From positions 17,907 to 81,906 of the forward strand of contig CAZLUD010000002.1 in the NCBI GenBank assembly GCA_964562615.1: DNA of 64,000 nucleotides, in the 5' to 3' direction. Of the stretch, positions 1 through 9,633 are shown one piece after another; position 1 is the stretch's first letter, and every line of letters starts with the position of its first letter. The notes beneath the pieces are model-generated. The model ran no database searches and was not told the origin of the DNA. It saw nothing but the letters and a program-made list of their open reading frames with translations. The position numbers and the translations under genes were made by a program. Source of the DNA: an uncultured Candidatus Saccharibacteria bacterium (GTDB taxonomy: Bacteria > Patescibacteriota > Minisyncoccia > Phycocordibacterales > UBA12088).

Positions 1-1251
1 TTTTTTAAATACACCTACGACGGCGTGGCGGGGGTAGAGCGCTTGTATAATGACCAACTCTTAGGAGAAAACGGACTCACCCTGTTTGAAACCAACGCGC
101 AAGGAGAGCGTGAGTCTGAGTACTCGGTGTCACCTCCAAAGGATGGAACAAATTTAGTCTTATCAATAGATAGCAGAGTACAAGAGACACTGCATTCGCT
201 TATTGAGCGTACTGCAAAAGAGCGAGGGTTTGGAGGCGGGGCAGGTGTCATCATGGATGTCACCACCGGAGAAATAATCTCTCTAGTTAGTTATCCAGAG
301 TATAATAGTAACAATCTTGCCCAGGGTGACACCAAAAGCATTCAATCACTCTTAGATAGTGAACAAAAACCATTTCTTAATAGAGCAATTTCTGGGTTGT
401 ATGCACCTGGGTCAATTGTGAAGCCCTACATGGCGGCAGCCGCGCTTACCGAAGGCACCATCACTCCAAATACGGTCGTGCATAGTACGGGTAAATTGAT
501 CATTCCTAACCCGTATTTCCCCGATCAACCCACAGTGTATTCAGATTGGGGAGCACCCGCCCATGGTGATAACGAAGTGACACGCGCGCTTGCGATATCC
601 TCTAACGTATTTTTTCTTTCTGTTGGAGGAGGTGCAAATGGTATTGAGGGGCTTGGTATAGAACGCATAGAAAAATACATGCGAATGTTTGGTTTTGGAG
701 ATGTCGCAGGGCTACCACTCTCTGAAGAGGTGCGCGGTACTATACCTTCACCAGCATGGAAGAAAAATGCGTTTGATACCGAGTGGCGACTAGGTGACAC
801 CTACCTTACGTCTATTGGACAGTACGGCTTTCAGGTGTCACCCCTACAAGTTGCGCGTGCAGTAGCCAGCATTGCCTCGGGGTCATTAGTAACCCCCGTG
901 CTGGTACAAGGAGCTATGAGTACTACCACTAAGCTTGCTATTGATGATAGTGCATTTGCATTAGTGCGAAAGGGTATGCGTCGTGGTGTGCTCGAGGGTA
1001 CTGCTGGCGGTCTTAATGTGCCATACGTTTCAGTAGCAGCAAAAACTGGTACCGCAGAGCTCGGAGTATCAAAAGCAAATGTTAATTCGTGGGTAACCGG
1101 ATTCTTTCCGTATGAAAAACCTCGATATGCGTTTGTGATACTTATGGAGCGAGGTCCAAGTTCTAATACTATAGGAGGTGTGTATGTGATGCGTGGACTA
1201 CTTGATTGGATGCATGTCAACACACCAGAATATTTTGCAACTGAACCTTGA
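1..1251 (+). CDS. Class B penicillin-binding protein (transpeptidase domain), 5'-partial; open to the window edge
   Basis: The frame is open from nt 1 (FFKYTYDGVAGVERLYNDQ...). It carries the transpeptidase motifs SIVK (SxxK), SSN and KTGTAE (KTG). Confidence 0.85.
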   Translation, partial: FFKYTYDGVAGVERLYNDQLLGENGLTLFETNAQGERESEYSVSPPKDGTNLVLSIDSRVQETLHSLIERTAKERGFGGGAGVIMDVTTGEIISLVSYPEYNSNNLAQGDTKSIQSLLDSEQKPFLNRAISGLYAPGSIVKPYMAAAALTEGTITPNTVVHSTGKLIIPNPYFPDQPTVYSDWGAPAHGDNEVTRALAISSNVFFLSVGGGANGIEGLGIERIEKYMRMFGFGDVAGLPLSEEVRGTIPSPAWKKNAFDTEWRLGDTYLTSIGQYGFQVSPLQVARAVASIASGSLVTPVLVQGAMSTTTKLAIDDSAFALVRKGMRRGVLEGTAGGLNVPYVSVAAKTGTAELGVSKANVNSWVTGFFPYEKPRYAFVILMERGPSSNTIGGVYVMRGLLDWMHVNTPEYFATEP

Positions 1252-1314
1252 AATAGGTGCCATTGCTCCAATTTCTAAATACGGTATACTAGTCACCACA
1301 ACCTTATAATACAT

Positions 1315-1776
1315 ATGAAGCAAGAATATCTTTCACAAGAAAAATTTGATGAGCTAAAAAGCGAGCTTGATTACCTCAAAACAGTTAAGCGAAAAGAGAT
1401 TGCGGATAATCTTGAGTACGCACGATCGCTTGGCGATCTTTCTGAGAACGCCGAGTATCAAGAGGCGCGCGAGCTACAAGCATCAACCGAAGAGCGAATA
1501 AAAAAGATTGAAAGCATTCTTCAAAACGCACGCATTGTCTCACATACCAAAACCGACTCAGTCACTCTTGGCTCTGTGGTAACCATACAAAAGGACGGAG
1601 AAAAAGAAACCCACCGCTACGAAATAGTAGGGAGTGAAGAGGCAAATATGATCGAAAGAAAGATATCTCACCAATCACCACTTGGCGATGCGCTCATGGG
1701 TAAAAAGAAGAAGGACGCATTTGAATTTGAAACACCAAACGGCAAAATGAAGTATCGAATCGTCGACGTTGAATAA
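1315..1776 (+). CDS. greA: Transcription elongation factor GreA
   Basis: 153 aa. N-terminal coiled-coil LSENAEYQEA and a C-terminal FKBP-like domain, typical of GreA. Confidence 0.9.
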   Translation: MKQEYLSQEKFDELKSELDYLKTVKRKEIADNLEYARSLGDLSENAEYQEARELQASTEERIKKIESILQNARIVSHTKTDSVTLGSVVTIQKDGEKETHRYEIVGSEEANMIERKISHQSPLGDALMGKKKKDAFEFETPNGKMKYRIVDVE

Positions 1777-1837
1777 CGTTGACATTCTAGAGTATTGTTG
1801 TAATATCTTTTTGGCTTGTTCAAACTTGGAGGAAGAG

Positions 1838-2275
1838 ATGCGTCCGTTTCAATTTGAAACAGGTTTTGCTCACGTCAGATTTGATGGGGATTTAATCCCA
1901 AGATTCCTCAATGAAATAAAAACAGAATGGCAAATCTCAGATATTAGAGCAGAGATACTCGATGAAGTGTTAAATAAGAAAAGCACATGGTACGGAGAAG
2001 AGAGAAAGTTTCCTTTTGCAGACTTTCATGATTCGTTATCTCTTGATGATGGATTGCGAACAAAATTAACCAAAGGGAGAAATTGGCAATGTTTAGATTT
2101 ATTTCAAGTATTAGCTCATTTATACTTTTGTAGTTATTTAACTAAAGTTAATTTGTTTCTATTTAAGGAAAGTATAATGTGTGTCTTGTTGCCTGGGTCA
2201 TTTTGTAACATAATACTCAAAGTACGTACTTTACCAAGAGTATATGAAGGTTCTAGAATTTTCCTCCCGCAGTGA
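1838..2275 (+). CDS. Hypothetical protein. The track ORF starts at 1769, but a GGAGG RBS favours the ATG at 1838
   Basis: GGAGGAAGAG precedes ATG 1838. Sequence is AT-rich with no recognisable domain. Confidence 0.4.
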   Translation: MRPFQFETGFAHVRFDGDLIPRFLNEIKTEWQISDIRAEILDEVLNKKSTWYGEERKFPFADFHDSLSLDDGLRTKLTKGRNWQCLDLFQVLAHLYFCSYLTKVNLFLFKESIMCVLLPGSFCNIILKVRTLPRVYEGSRIFLPQ

Positions 2276-2283
2276 AGGGACAT

Positions 2284-2324
2284 AGCCGACCGCAAGCTTG
2301 CTTGTGGTCGGCTAACCTTTTTTA
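2284..2324 (+). terminator. Rho-independent terminator
   Basis: AGCCGACC...GGTCGGCT stem followed by a TTTTTT run. Confidence 0.75.
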
Positions 2325-2360
2325 TTGAAAAAAGCTCAGATATTGATACGATAGGGATAC

Positions 2361-3824
2361 ATGGCATCTATAGACGACATTCGCGCTGAGCGCATCAAAA
2401 AGCTAGACCTACTTCAAGCGGCGGGTATGGACGCATATCCTGCTACAACCAATCGTACTCACTCCATCGCTACAATACATGATGCATTTGATAACTTTTC
2501 ACATTCAAGTGATGTGGTTGTTCTTGCCGGAAGAGTGCGATCATTTAGACAGCACGGGGGAGTTATTTTTGCAGATATCTTTGATGGCACGGCAACCATC
2601 CAAGTAATTTTTAAAAAGGACACCATAGGAGATGTACTGTTTACGCTTCTTGTTGATGCGGTAGATGCTAGTGATTTTATTGAAGTTACCGGCACCATTG
2701 CGCTTTCTAAAACTAATCAAGAGTCAATTGTTGCAACATCATGGCGAATGCTCGCAAAGAGCATTCGCCCAGTACCAGATGAGTGGTTTGGTATTAAAGA
2801 TGAGGATGAACGATACCGAAAGCGCTATCTTGATATGTTGCTGAGTGATGAGACACGAGCAATAGTCTACAAGCGCGCACTATTTTGGAAAACAATCAGA
2901 AACTTTTTAGAGGAGCGCGGGTATATCGCGGTTGAAACTCCTATACTTGAAAACACCACCGGTGGCGCCGATGCACGACCATTTGTCACTCACCACAACG
3001 CACTTGATATGGATGTGTACCTGCGTATCTCTGCAGGTGAGTTGTGGCAAAAGAAGCTCATGGTTGCCGGTATTCCTAAGGTGTACGAAATAGGAAGAAT
3101 CTTTAGAAACGAAGGCATGTCTGCGGAGCACCTTCAAGACTACACTCAGATGGAGTGCTATGAGGCGTATAGCGACTACCACAAGGGTATGGAAATGATT
3201 AAAGAGATGTATCAAAGAATCGCAAGGGATGTATTTGGAACAAGTACATTTACAATCCACGGACATACAGTACATCTTGATGGCGAATGGACTACGTATA
3301 ATTTTTGTGACGAGCTTATCAAGCAATATGGCATTGATCCACTTGCTACCACCACTGAGGCGGTAATAGATGCGCTCACCGCACACCACATCCCATTTGA
3401 TAAAAAAGAAATAAACCTTGAGCGAGGTGTCGACCTGTTGTGGAAAAAAATTAGAAAGGGTATCACCGGACCAGGATTTTTGATTGGGATACCAGTATAC
3501 CTAGAGCCGCTAGCAAAAAAGTCTGCGCAAGATGCGCGTGTGGTTGAACGGTTTCAAATTGTGCTTGCCGGTAGCGAAGTAGGCAAGGGATTTTCAGAAC
3601 TTAATAATCCACTAGATCAAGCAGAGCGATTTACGCAGCAACAAGCGCTTCGTGATAAGGGTGATGCCGAAGCACAGATGGCAGATTGGGAATATGTCGA
3701 AGCGATGGAGTACGGCATGCCGCCAACGTTTGGTTTTGGGGTAAGCGAACGCCTCTTTGCCTTTTTGATGGATAAACCTGTGCGCGAGACACAACTCTTT
3801 CCGCTGATGCGTCCACGCGAATAA
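2361..3824 (+). CDS. lysS: Lysyl-tRNA synthetase (class II)
   Basis: 487 aa. N-terminal OB-fold anticodon-binding domain and class II catalytic motifs (FRNEG, GxGxGxERL-like). Confidence 0.92.
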   Translation: MASIDDIRAERIKKLDLLQAAGMDAYPATTNRTHSIATIHDAFDNFSHSSDVVVLAGRVRSFRQHGGVIFADIFDGTATIQVIFKKDTIGDVLFTLLVDAVDASDFIEVTGTIALSKTNQESIVATSWRMLAKSIRPVPDEWFGIKDEDERYRKRYLDMLLSDETRAIVYKRALFWKTIRNFLEERGYIAVETPILENTTGGADARPFVTHHNALDMDVYLRISAGELWQKKLMVAGIPKVYEIGRIFRNEGMSAEHLQDYTQMECYEAYSDYHKGMEMIKEMYQRIARDVFGTSTFTIHGHTVHLDGEWTTYNFCDELIKQYGIDPLATTTEAVIDALTAHHIPFDKKEINLERGVDLLWKKIRKGITGPGFLIGIPVYLEPLAKKSAQDARVVERFQIVLAGSEVGKGFSELNNPLDQAERFTQQQALRDKGDAEAQMADWEYVEAMEYGMPPTFGFGVSERLFAFLMDKPVRETQLFPLMRPRE

Positions 3825-3956
3825 TACTCCCGAGACACTTTTGACAACACACCCCGAACATTGCGGGGTGTTTTGTTGTGGATAACACGTACCCATAAGT
3901 GGGGCAAAGTGTTGTACTATACATGAGCAGTGGGATAAAGTGGTATACCGAGAAAC

Positions 3957-4391
3957 ATGCTGATAGGAGAATACATTCACACACTCGACCCAAAAAAGCG
4001 TTTATCGCTCCCTGCTAAGTTTCGAAAGGAGCTTGGAAAAGGGGTGGTGGTAACACGAGGGCTCGATCACTGCTTGTGGGTGTATTCAACTAAAGAGTGG
4101 CATGTAATCGCAACACGACTCGCTGCACTGCCAATAGGGCAGGCGGATACAAGAGGGTTTGCACGTTTTATGTTTTCGGGTGCAACCGAGGTAGACATAG
4201 ACAGTGCAGGGAGAATGCTCATTCCAGACTTTCTCAAAACATTTGCAGGCCTTGAGAACAAAGTGGTACTCGCTGGTGCGCAAACACGAATTGAGATATG
4301 GAACGAAGCAGCATGGGAAGCGTACAAAATGCGTATCGAATCACAGGCAGATGTAATGGCTGAAAAACTTGGAGAGATAGGCATTGTATGA
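3957..4391 (+). CDS. mraZ: Transcriptional regulator MraZ
   Basis: 144 aa with duplicated MraZ DxxxR motifs. It is the first gene of the dcw cluster. Confidence 0.9.
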   Translation: MLIGEYIHTLDPKKRLSLPAKFRKELGKGVVVTRGLDHCLWVYSTKEWHVIATRLAALPIGQADTRGFARFMFSGATEVDIDSAGRMLIPDFLKTFAGLENKVVLAGAQTRIEIWNEAAWEAYKMRIESQADVMAEKLGEIGIV

Positions 4392-5284
4392 CCACCCATA
4401 TCCCCGTTCTTCGAAATGAAGCAATAGAAGCACTCCTCATCAACGACCATGATGTGGTGGTAGACGCTACCCTTGGTGGAGCCGGGTATGCCAAAGACAT
4501 TGTTGGCAAGCTCTCAGCAGACGGGGTATTTGTCGGCATAGATGCTGATGCAAAGGCAATTGCCCGCGCACAGCTGGCGCTTAAAGGCGCCAAGCCAACC
4601 ACGTATCTTGTAAACACCAATTTTAGACATATCGGTGTCGTACTTGATGAGCTTCATATTGCTACGGTTAATAAAGTTGTCTTTGACCTTGGTCTATCCT
4701 CGTATCAGCTTGAAGAAGGCGAGAGAGGGTTCACCTTTCAAAAAGACGAACCACTTATTATGACGTTTGCTACCGAGACGCTTCCTCATGAGAGAACTGC
4801 TCGAGACATAGTAAATGAGGACAGTGTTGAAGCGCTTACTACCATGCTCTTTACCTACGGAGATGAAAAGTACGCACGTCGAATTGCAACAGCAATTGTA
4901 AGTGAGCGAGCGATTGCACCAATAGAAACTACTGGTGCGCTCGTAGCCATCATAGAGAAGGCAGTCCCGGTGGTATACAAAAAGCAACGGACACATCCTG
5001 CCACACGAACGTTTCAAGCACTTAGGATTGCAGTCAATGAAGAGTACGACGCGCTTACAGAAACACTCACCACCGCAATAAGCAGACTAAGCAGTAAAGG
5101 AAGGATAGCAGTAGTGAGCTTTCATAGCGGAGAGGACAGAATTGTAAAAACGATTTTTCGGGAGGCGGCACAAAACGGTAGTGGGGTGCGTGTAACTAAA
5201 AAGCCAATTGTGCCGCGCCCCGAGGAAGTCGAACACAATCCTCGTTCACGAAGCGCAAAATTACGGGTATTTGAAGCACTATGA
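4388..5284 (+). CDS. rsmH: 16S rRNA m4C1402 methyltransferase RsmH
   Basis: Begins HIPVL and contains the DATLGGAGY SAM-binding motif. It overlaps mraZ by 4 nt. Confidence 0.92.
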   Translation: MTTHIPVLRNEAIEALLINDHDVVVDATLGGAGYAKDIVGKLSADGVFVGIDADAKAIARAQLALKGAKPTTYLVNTNFRHIGVVLDELHIATVNKVVFDLGLSSYQLEEGERGFTFQKDEPLIMTFATETLPHERTARDIVNEDSVEALTTMLFTYGDEKYARRIATAIVSERAIAPIETTGALVAIIEKAVPVVYKKQRTHPATRTFQALRIAVNEEYDALTETLTTAISRLSSKGRIAVVSFHSGEDRIVKTIFREAAQNGSGVRVTKKPIVPRPEEVEHNPRSRSAKLRVFEAL

Positions 5285-5592
5285 ACAGACGAATATCATC
5301 ATTATTTTTATACACAGACGAAAAGGCGGTATATGCCTCTTTTGTGCTGACGCTTGTTTGCTTTTTTGCATATATCTATTTTGTGAGTGTGTCTATTGTT
5401 GAGGTGGTAGTACGTGAAGAGTTGGTAGAAAAGGTAGGTGAAGTAGCGACGGGTATTTCGGTACGAGAATCAGAGTACATTGCTCTAAAGGCATCAATCA
5501 ACGAATCAGAAATGGAGCGAATGGGTCTTGCATCACTTTCAGGAAAGACATATGTCACGGTGAAGGTGGCATCGCTGTCACTTAATCAGTAA
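5281..5592 (+). CDS. ftsL: FtsL-like cell division protein
   Basis: 103 aa with a single TM helix, located between rsmH and ftsI. Confidence 0.6.
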   Translation: MNRRISSLFLYTDEKAVYASFVLTLVCFFAYIYFVSVSIVEVVVREELVEKVGEVATGISVRESEYIALKASINESEMERMGLASLSGKTYVTVKVASLSLNQ

Positions 5593-5602
5593 TTAGTGCG
5601 AC

Positions 5603-7315
5603 ATGAGAAGAGTGTTTTTGGTGAGAGTTCGCATTATACTCGTCTGTGTCATATTATTTGCACTACTTATCGTGGGAAGACTGTACCACGTACAGATACT
5701 GAACGGTGAGGAGTACACTGATCGCGCCGAGCGACAGTACCTCCGCCCAGGAAAAAATCTATTTGATAGAGGTTCAATCTTTTTTACCAACAAAGACGGA
5801 AGCAAAGTATCAGCGGCAACCATTAAGCGTGGCTTTGGTATCGCCCTTGATCCTCGAGTGCTTGAGCACCCTGATGAGGCATACTACATGCTCAAAGACT
5901 ATCTCCCTCTTGATGAGGAGGACTTTTTGCATCGTGCAGCAAAACAAAATGATGCGTATGAAGAGATTGCCCATAAGGTAGAGGCTGAGATCGGGGGCAA
6001 TATAAAAGCGAGACAGGTAGAAGGGGTAAATGTAATACGAGAGCAGTGGCGATACTATCCGGGTAATTCGCTTGCGTCACACGTGATTGGCTTTGTGGGA
6101 TACGATGGAGATAATCGAGTGGGTATGTATGGACTAGAGCGAAAATTTAATGATGTCCTTACCCGAGAGGATGGCGGTGCGTCACTTAATTTTTTTGCAG
6201 AGCTATTTACCTCCCTTGGAGAAACTCTGTTTGAATCTGATACCGAGCGTGATGGCGACTTGGTGCTTACTATTGAACCTACGGTACAGTTGTCTCTTGA
6301 AGATACTTTACAAGATATCAAAGACGAGTGGGGATCAAAGACTATTGGCGGCATTATTATCAATCCAAAAACGGGCGAAATATACGCCATGGCAGCGTAT
6401 CCAACCTATAACCTTAATGAGTATGGCGCGGTAGATGACCCGGTTGTGTATAAAAATCCTTTGGTAGAAAACGTGTACGAGATGGGCTCTATCATCAAAC
6501 CCCTTACCATGGCAGCGGGCATTGATGCGGGCGCCGTATCACCAACCACCACGTACTATGATGGCGGCACGCTTACCCTTGATGGCTATACTATTTCAAA
6601 CTTTGACGGAAAGGGAAGAGGCACTGTGAGCATGCAAGAAGTATTAAGCCAGTCACTCAATACAGGTGTTGCCTATGTGGTTGATAAAATGGGACACGAA
6701 GCATTTAAGCGCTACATGCTAGGTTATGGACTAGGTACCACAACCGGCATAGACCTTCCTAATGAATCTTCAGGTATTATCACCAACCTCACTTCGCCAC
6801 GATCAATCGAGTACGCAACCGCCTCATTTGGGCAGGGTATTGCGCTTACCCCTATACAAACTGTTTCTGCACTCTCTGTGCTTGCTAATGGCGGTACACG
6901 CATCACGCCCCATGTTGTAAAGGCGATAGACTACAAAGCCTTTCCAACCGCAGCGGTATCCCCAAAGGTTGGCGATGAGGTACTCTCTCTAAGTACGAGC
7001 CTTACCATATCGCGAATGCTTGTTGAGGTGGTAGATAAAGCACTGAGAAACGGCGAGGTAAAAAAGGAACACTATAGTATTGCCGCCAAAACGGGTACTG
7101 CCCAGATTGCCAAGTCTGGGTCGCGTGGCTACTATGATGATAGGTACCTCCATTCATTCTTTGGATACTTTCCTGCCTATGATCCAACATTTCTGGTATT
7201 CTTATTCCATACAGAACCAGTCGGAGCGAGGTACTCATCAGAAACACTCACCAAACCATTTATTGACCTTACCGACTTTCTCATTAACTATTACGAAGTT
7301 CCACCAGATAGATAA
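5603..7315 (+). CDS. ftsI: Peptidoglycan transpeptidase FtsI (class B PBP)
   Basis: 570 aa. N-terminal TM helix, a dimerisation domain, and transpeptidase motifs SIIKP/SxN/KTGTA. Confidence 0.9.
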   Translation: MRRVFLVRVRIILVCVILFALLIVGRLYHVQILNGEEYTDRAERQYLRPGKNLFDRGSIFFTNKDGSKVSAATIKRGFGIALDPRVLEHPDEAYYMLKDYLPLDEEDFLHRAAKQNDAYEEIAHKVEAEIGGNIKARQVEGVNVIREQWRYYPGNSLASHVIGFVGYDGDNRVGMYGLERKFNDVLTREDGGASLNFFAELFTSLGETLFESDTERDGDLVLTIEPTVQLSLEDTLQDIKDEWGSKTIGGIIINPKTGEIYAMAAYPTYNLNEYGAVDDPVVYKNPLVENVYEMGSIIKPLTMAAGIDAGAVSPTTTYYDGGTLTLDGYTISNFDGKGRGTVSMQEVLSQSLNTGVAYVVDKMGHEAFKRYMLGYGLGTTTGIDLPNESSGIITNLTSPRSIEYATASFGQGIALTPIQTVSALSVLANGGTRITPHVVKAIDYKAFPTAAVSPKVGDEVLSLSTSLTISRMLVEVVDKALRNGEVKKEHYSIAAKTGTAQIAKSGSRGYYDDRYLHSFFGYFPAYDPTFLVFLFHTEPVGARYSSETLTKPFIDLTDFLINYYEVPPDR

Positions 7316-8622
7316 TGTATTGTATGCAAGCAAAAGACATTTTTAGAAAGATCATACTCTTTATTATCACCATAGAGGCAAAGCTTATTCTCAAAAAGTA
7401 TAAGCCAAAGATAGTAGCAGTTGCCGGAAGTGTTGGAAAAACCTCTACTAAGGATGCGGTCTATACCGCGCTATCGAGTACCTTTCATACTCGAAAAAGT
7501 GAAAAAAGTTTTAACAGTGACTTTGGGGTACCCCTTACGATACTTGGTGTTGGCAATGGGTGGTATGACCCAATGGTGTGGATTAAAAATATTTTGATCG
7601 GTCTTAACCTTCTTGTTTTCAAAGAAAAATATCCTGAGTGGTTAGTCCTTGAGATTGGCGCAGATAGACCAGGTGATATTGCCTCACTTATGGCGTGGAT
7701 ACAACCACACATAAGTGTCCTTACACGATTTCCTGAGGTGCCGGTTCATGTAGAGTTTTTTTCTTCACCTGAAGAGCTATACAAAGAAGATTTTCTTATC
7801 GCTGACGCACTCCCTGCTGATGGGGTGTTGGTTATCAATGATGATGATGAGCGACAGCGCACATATGAGCTAAAGTCACCTGCATCCACCATAACGTATG
7901 GATTTTCTCAAGATGCAGAGGTACGAGGCTCTGGGGTACAGTTTCGTTATACCGACAAGCAGGTGCGGGGAGTCGCGTTTAGAATTCGCGAAAGCGATCA
8001 CAAAGCAGAGGTGATAGAGCTAGACGGCTCACTGGGGGTACAACACGCGTACCCTGTCCTTGCCGCATTTGCGGTAGGAAAGACCCTCGCAATACCATTT
8101 GATACCCTACAGCAGGCATTTGCTACCTATGACCCCCCACGAGGCAGAATGCGCCTTATAAAGGGCATAAAGCACTCTATTATCATAGATGACACGTATA
8201 ACTCGTCACCTATTGCTGTGGCGCATGCCCTTACCGCACTTCATGATGTGGTTGCCAAAGGCAAAAAGATAGCCATTCTTGGAGACATGCTTGAACTTGG
8301 CGAGTATTCAACAGAAGCACACAAAGAAGTAGGGAGGCAGGTAGCAGGAGTGGTAGACGAGCTGTATACCGTAGGGATACGTGCTCGTATGATTGCCACC
8401 AGCGCACATGAAAGCGGTCTTGCAACTGAGCATATTCACGCCTTTGATGATGCAACCACCTGCGCTAACGCCCTTGAGCCTTTCCTTGCTGAAGGCGATG
8501 TAGTACTCATTAAAGGATCGCAATCAATCCGCCTTGAAAAGGCAGTAGAAGAGCTCATGCAAGAACCAGAAAAAAAGACAGAACTACTTGTACGCCAAGA
8601 TTCTGCGTGGCTTGACAAATAG
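7315..8622 (+). CDS. murF: UDP-MurNAc-tripeptide:D-Ala-D-Ala ligase MurF
   Basis: Mur ligase P-loop VAGSVGKTSTK. Positioned after ftsI. Confidence 0.88.
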   Translation: MYCMQAKDIFRKIILFIITIEAKLILKKYKPKIVAVAGSVGKTSTKDAVYTALSSTFHTRKSEKSFNSDFGVPLTILGVGNGWYDPMVWIKNILIGLNLLVFKEKYPEWLVLEIGADRPGDIASLMAWIQPHISVLTRFPEVPVHVEFFSSPEELYKEDFLIADALPADGVLVINDDDERQRTYELKSPASTITYGFSQDAEVRGSGVQFRYTDKQVRGVAFRIRESDHKAEVIELDGSLGVQHAYPVLAAFAVGKTLAIPFDTLQQAFATYDPPRGRMRLIKGIKHSIIIDDTYNSSPIAVAHALTALHDVVAKGKKIAILGDMLELGEYSTEAHKEVGRQVAGVVDELYTVGIRARMIATSAHESGLATEHIHAFDDATTCANALEPFLAEGDVVLIKGSQSIRLEKAVEELMQEPEKKTELLVRQDSAWLDK

Positions 8623-8663
8623 CCACAAGTATCGAGAATACATACAGCAACATGGAGGCGGGC

Positions 8664-8921
8664 ATGAGCGACACAAGAGTCGTGGTTCAAAAAATTCTTG
8701 AAGATGTACAAAGGATAAGGAGAGAAAAAGTACCACACAAAACCTTGCCCAAAATAAGTTCAGGTATGAGAGTGAAAATTCAAATTGGGCATAGCAGTTT
8801 CATCGGAACTGCTGTAGCGGATAGCTATAGGGGATTTGTCTCTGTCAATTATATTGGTCCAGATGGATCGGAAGAAACTAGATCAATTAGTTTGCGATTG
8901 GCAACCCGCATACAAGAATAG
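8664..8921 (+). CDS. Hypothetical small protein
   Basis: GGAGG RBS 6 nt upstream of ATG 8664. No recognisable domain. It lies between murF and the tRNA. Confidence 0.35.
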   Translation: MSDTRVVVQKILEDVQRIRREKVPHKTLPKISSGMRVKIQIGHSSFIGTAVADSYRGFVSVNYIGPDGSEETRSISLRLATRIQE

Positions 8922-8948
8922 ATATCAAGTAATCAAAAGGTGGGTAAT

Positions 8949-8980
8949 GAAGGGGTCAATTCGTTGACCCCTTCATTTAT
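8949..8980 (+). terminator. Rho-independent terminator
   Basis: GAAGGGGTCAA-TTCG-TTGACCCCTTC hairpin followed by ATTTATT. Confidence 0.7.
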
Positions 8981-9008
8981 TGCATTTAAGGCCATTTTCC
9001 TCCATAAT
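8980..9008 (+). promoter_or_regulatory. Sigma70-like promoter for the tRNA
   Basis: TTGCAT -35, 17-nt spacer, CATAAT -10. The tRNA 5' end lies about 11 nt downstream. Confidence 0.6.
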
Positions 9009-9019
9009 CGTAACTACTT

Positions 9020-9091
9020 GGCCCTATCGTCTAACGGTTAGGACGGAGCCTTCTCAAGGCTTAAATCGGGGTTCGATTCCCCGTAGGGTCA
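9020..9091 (+). tRNA. tRNA-Glu (anticodon CUC), no encoded CCA
   Basis: Manual cloverleaf: acceptor GGCCCTA/TAGGGTC, D-arm GTCT/GGAC, anticodon stem GAGCC/GGCTT with loop TTCTCAA, T-arm CGGGG-TTCGATT-CCCCG. Confidence 0.8.
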
Positions 9092-9093
9092 CA

Positions 9094-9225
9094 AATCGGC
9101 CGACCGAATACGCGAATGCGTTTCGGTCGTTGCCGTTTGTAGGCACTACGGGGAATCGAACGACGGAGGCGGTATACAAGAACCGAAGCGAAGCGTAGGT
9201 TGCTTGTCGCCGAGTCGCGACCAGC
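9094..9225. repeat. 132-bp direct repeat unit A (copy 1). It contains a hairpin and an inverted 16-nt tRNA T-arm fragment
   Basis: Identical to 14325-14456. It contains ctacggggaatcgaac, the reverse complement of the tRNA T-arm. Confidence 0.9.
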
Positions 9226-9294
9226 GTGCTTAGCCAGAATGGCTTAGCAAAAGCGGGTCGATTCCCCGTAGGGTCACAAATCGAGACGAAGTCT

Positions 9295-9539
9295 CGTTTT
9301 GTGATGAAATACTAGCCTTTGCTCGAACCCATTTCGAGAAAAGACCATAACTACAACGCGTCGAGCGCGTGGTGGCTTTGTACTTCTGCGTACGCATTGG
9401 GGTGTGGCGCGCCTCGCCACTCGCTAATCGCTCGCCCCCAACCAATGAAATATCCTTACTTTTTGATTTTTCGGTGGAGGGGTCTGGGGAGGAGCCGACA
9501 AAAAATTGAAAGGATATTTCTTTGGTTTGGGGTCGCCGC
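9295..9539. repeat. Left arm (about 245 bp) of the terminal inverted repeat flanking the island cargo
   Basis: It is the reverse complement of 14082-14326. The outer tip cgttttgtga approximates the reverse complement of the core. Confidence 0.9.
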
Positions 9540-9574
9540 CATGAGTCTAGAAATAAGATTTTGTCCACGATCAA

Positions 9575-9598
9575 ACTATTATACTTTAATATAATAGT
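9575..9598 (+). promoter_or_regulatory. C-box-like palindromic operator upstream of the controller gene
   Basis: Perfect 9-bp inverted repeat ACTATTATA-n6-TATAATAGT, ending in AGTC like C.PvuII-type C-boxes. Tandem TATAAT boxes lie at 9603 and 9621. Confidence 0.55.
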
Positions 9599-9633
9599 CG
9601 TGTATAATGTAAGAGTTGGGTATAATTGTGGAG

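Noticed and set aside
1769-1837. N-terminal 23 codons of track ORF 1769..2275
   Set aside because: A strong GGAGG RBS precedes the internal ATG at 1838. The upstream start overlaps the greA stop with no RBS.
8980-9198. 72-aa ORF overlapping the tRNA-Glu gene
   Set aside because: It runs through a well-formed tRNA and the repeat unit. Spurious.
9319-9594. Track ORFs inside the 245-bp inverted repeat (9319..9594 on +, 13967..14302 on -, the same 'MLEPISRKDHNYNASS...' protein on both arms), plus the overlapping 9230..9649(-) and 14029..14370(+) ORFs
   Set aside because: They exist only because the repeat is long and GC-rich. They overlap tRNA-derived and palindromic DNA, and have no RBS or protein-like composition. 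Treated as repeat DNA.
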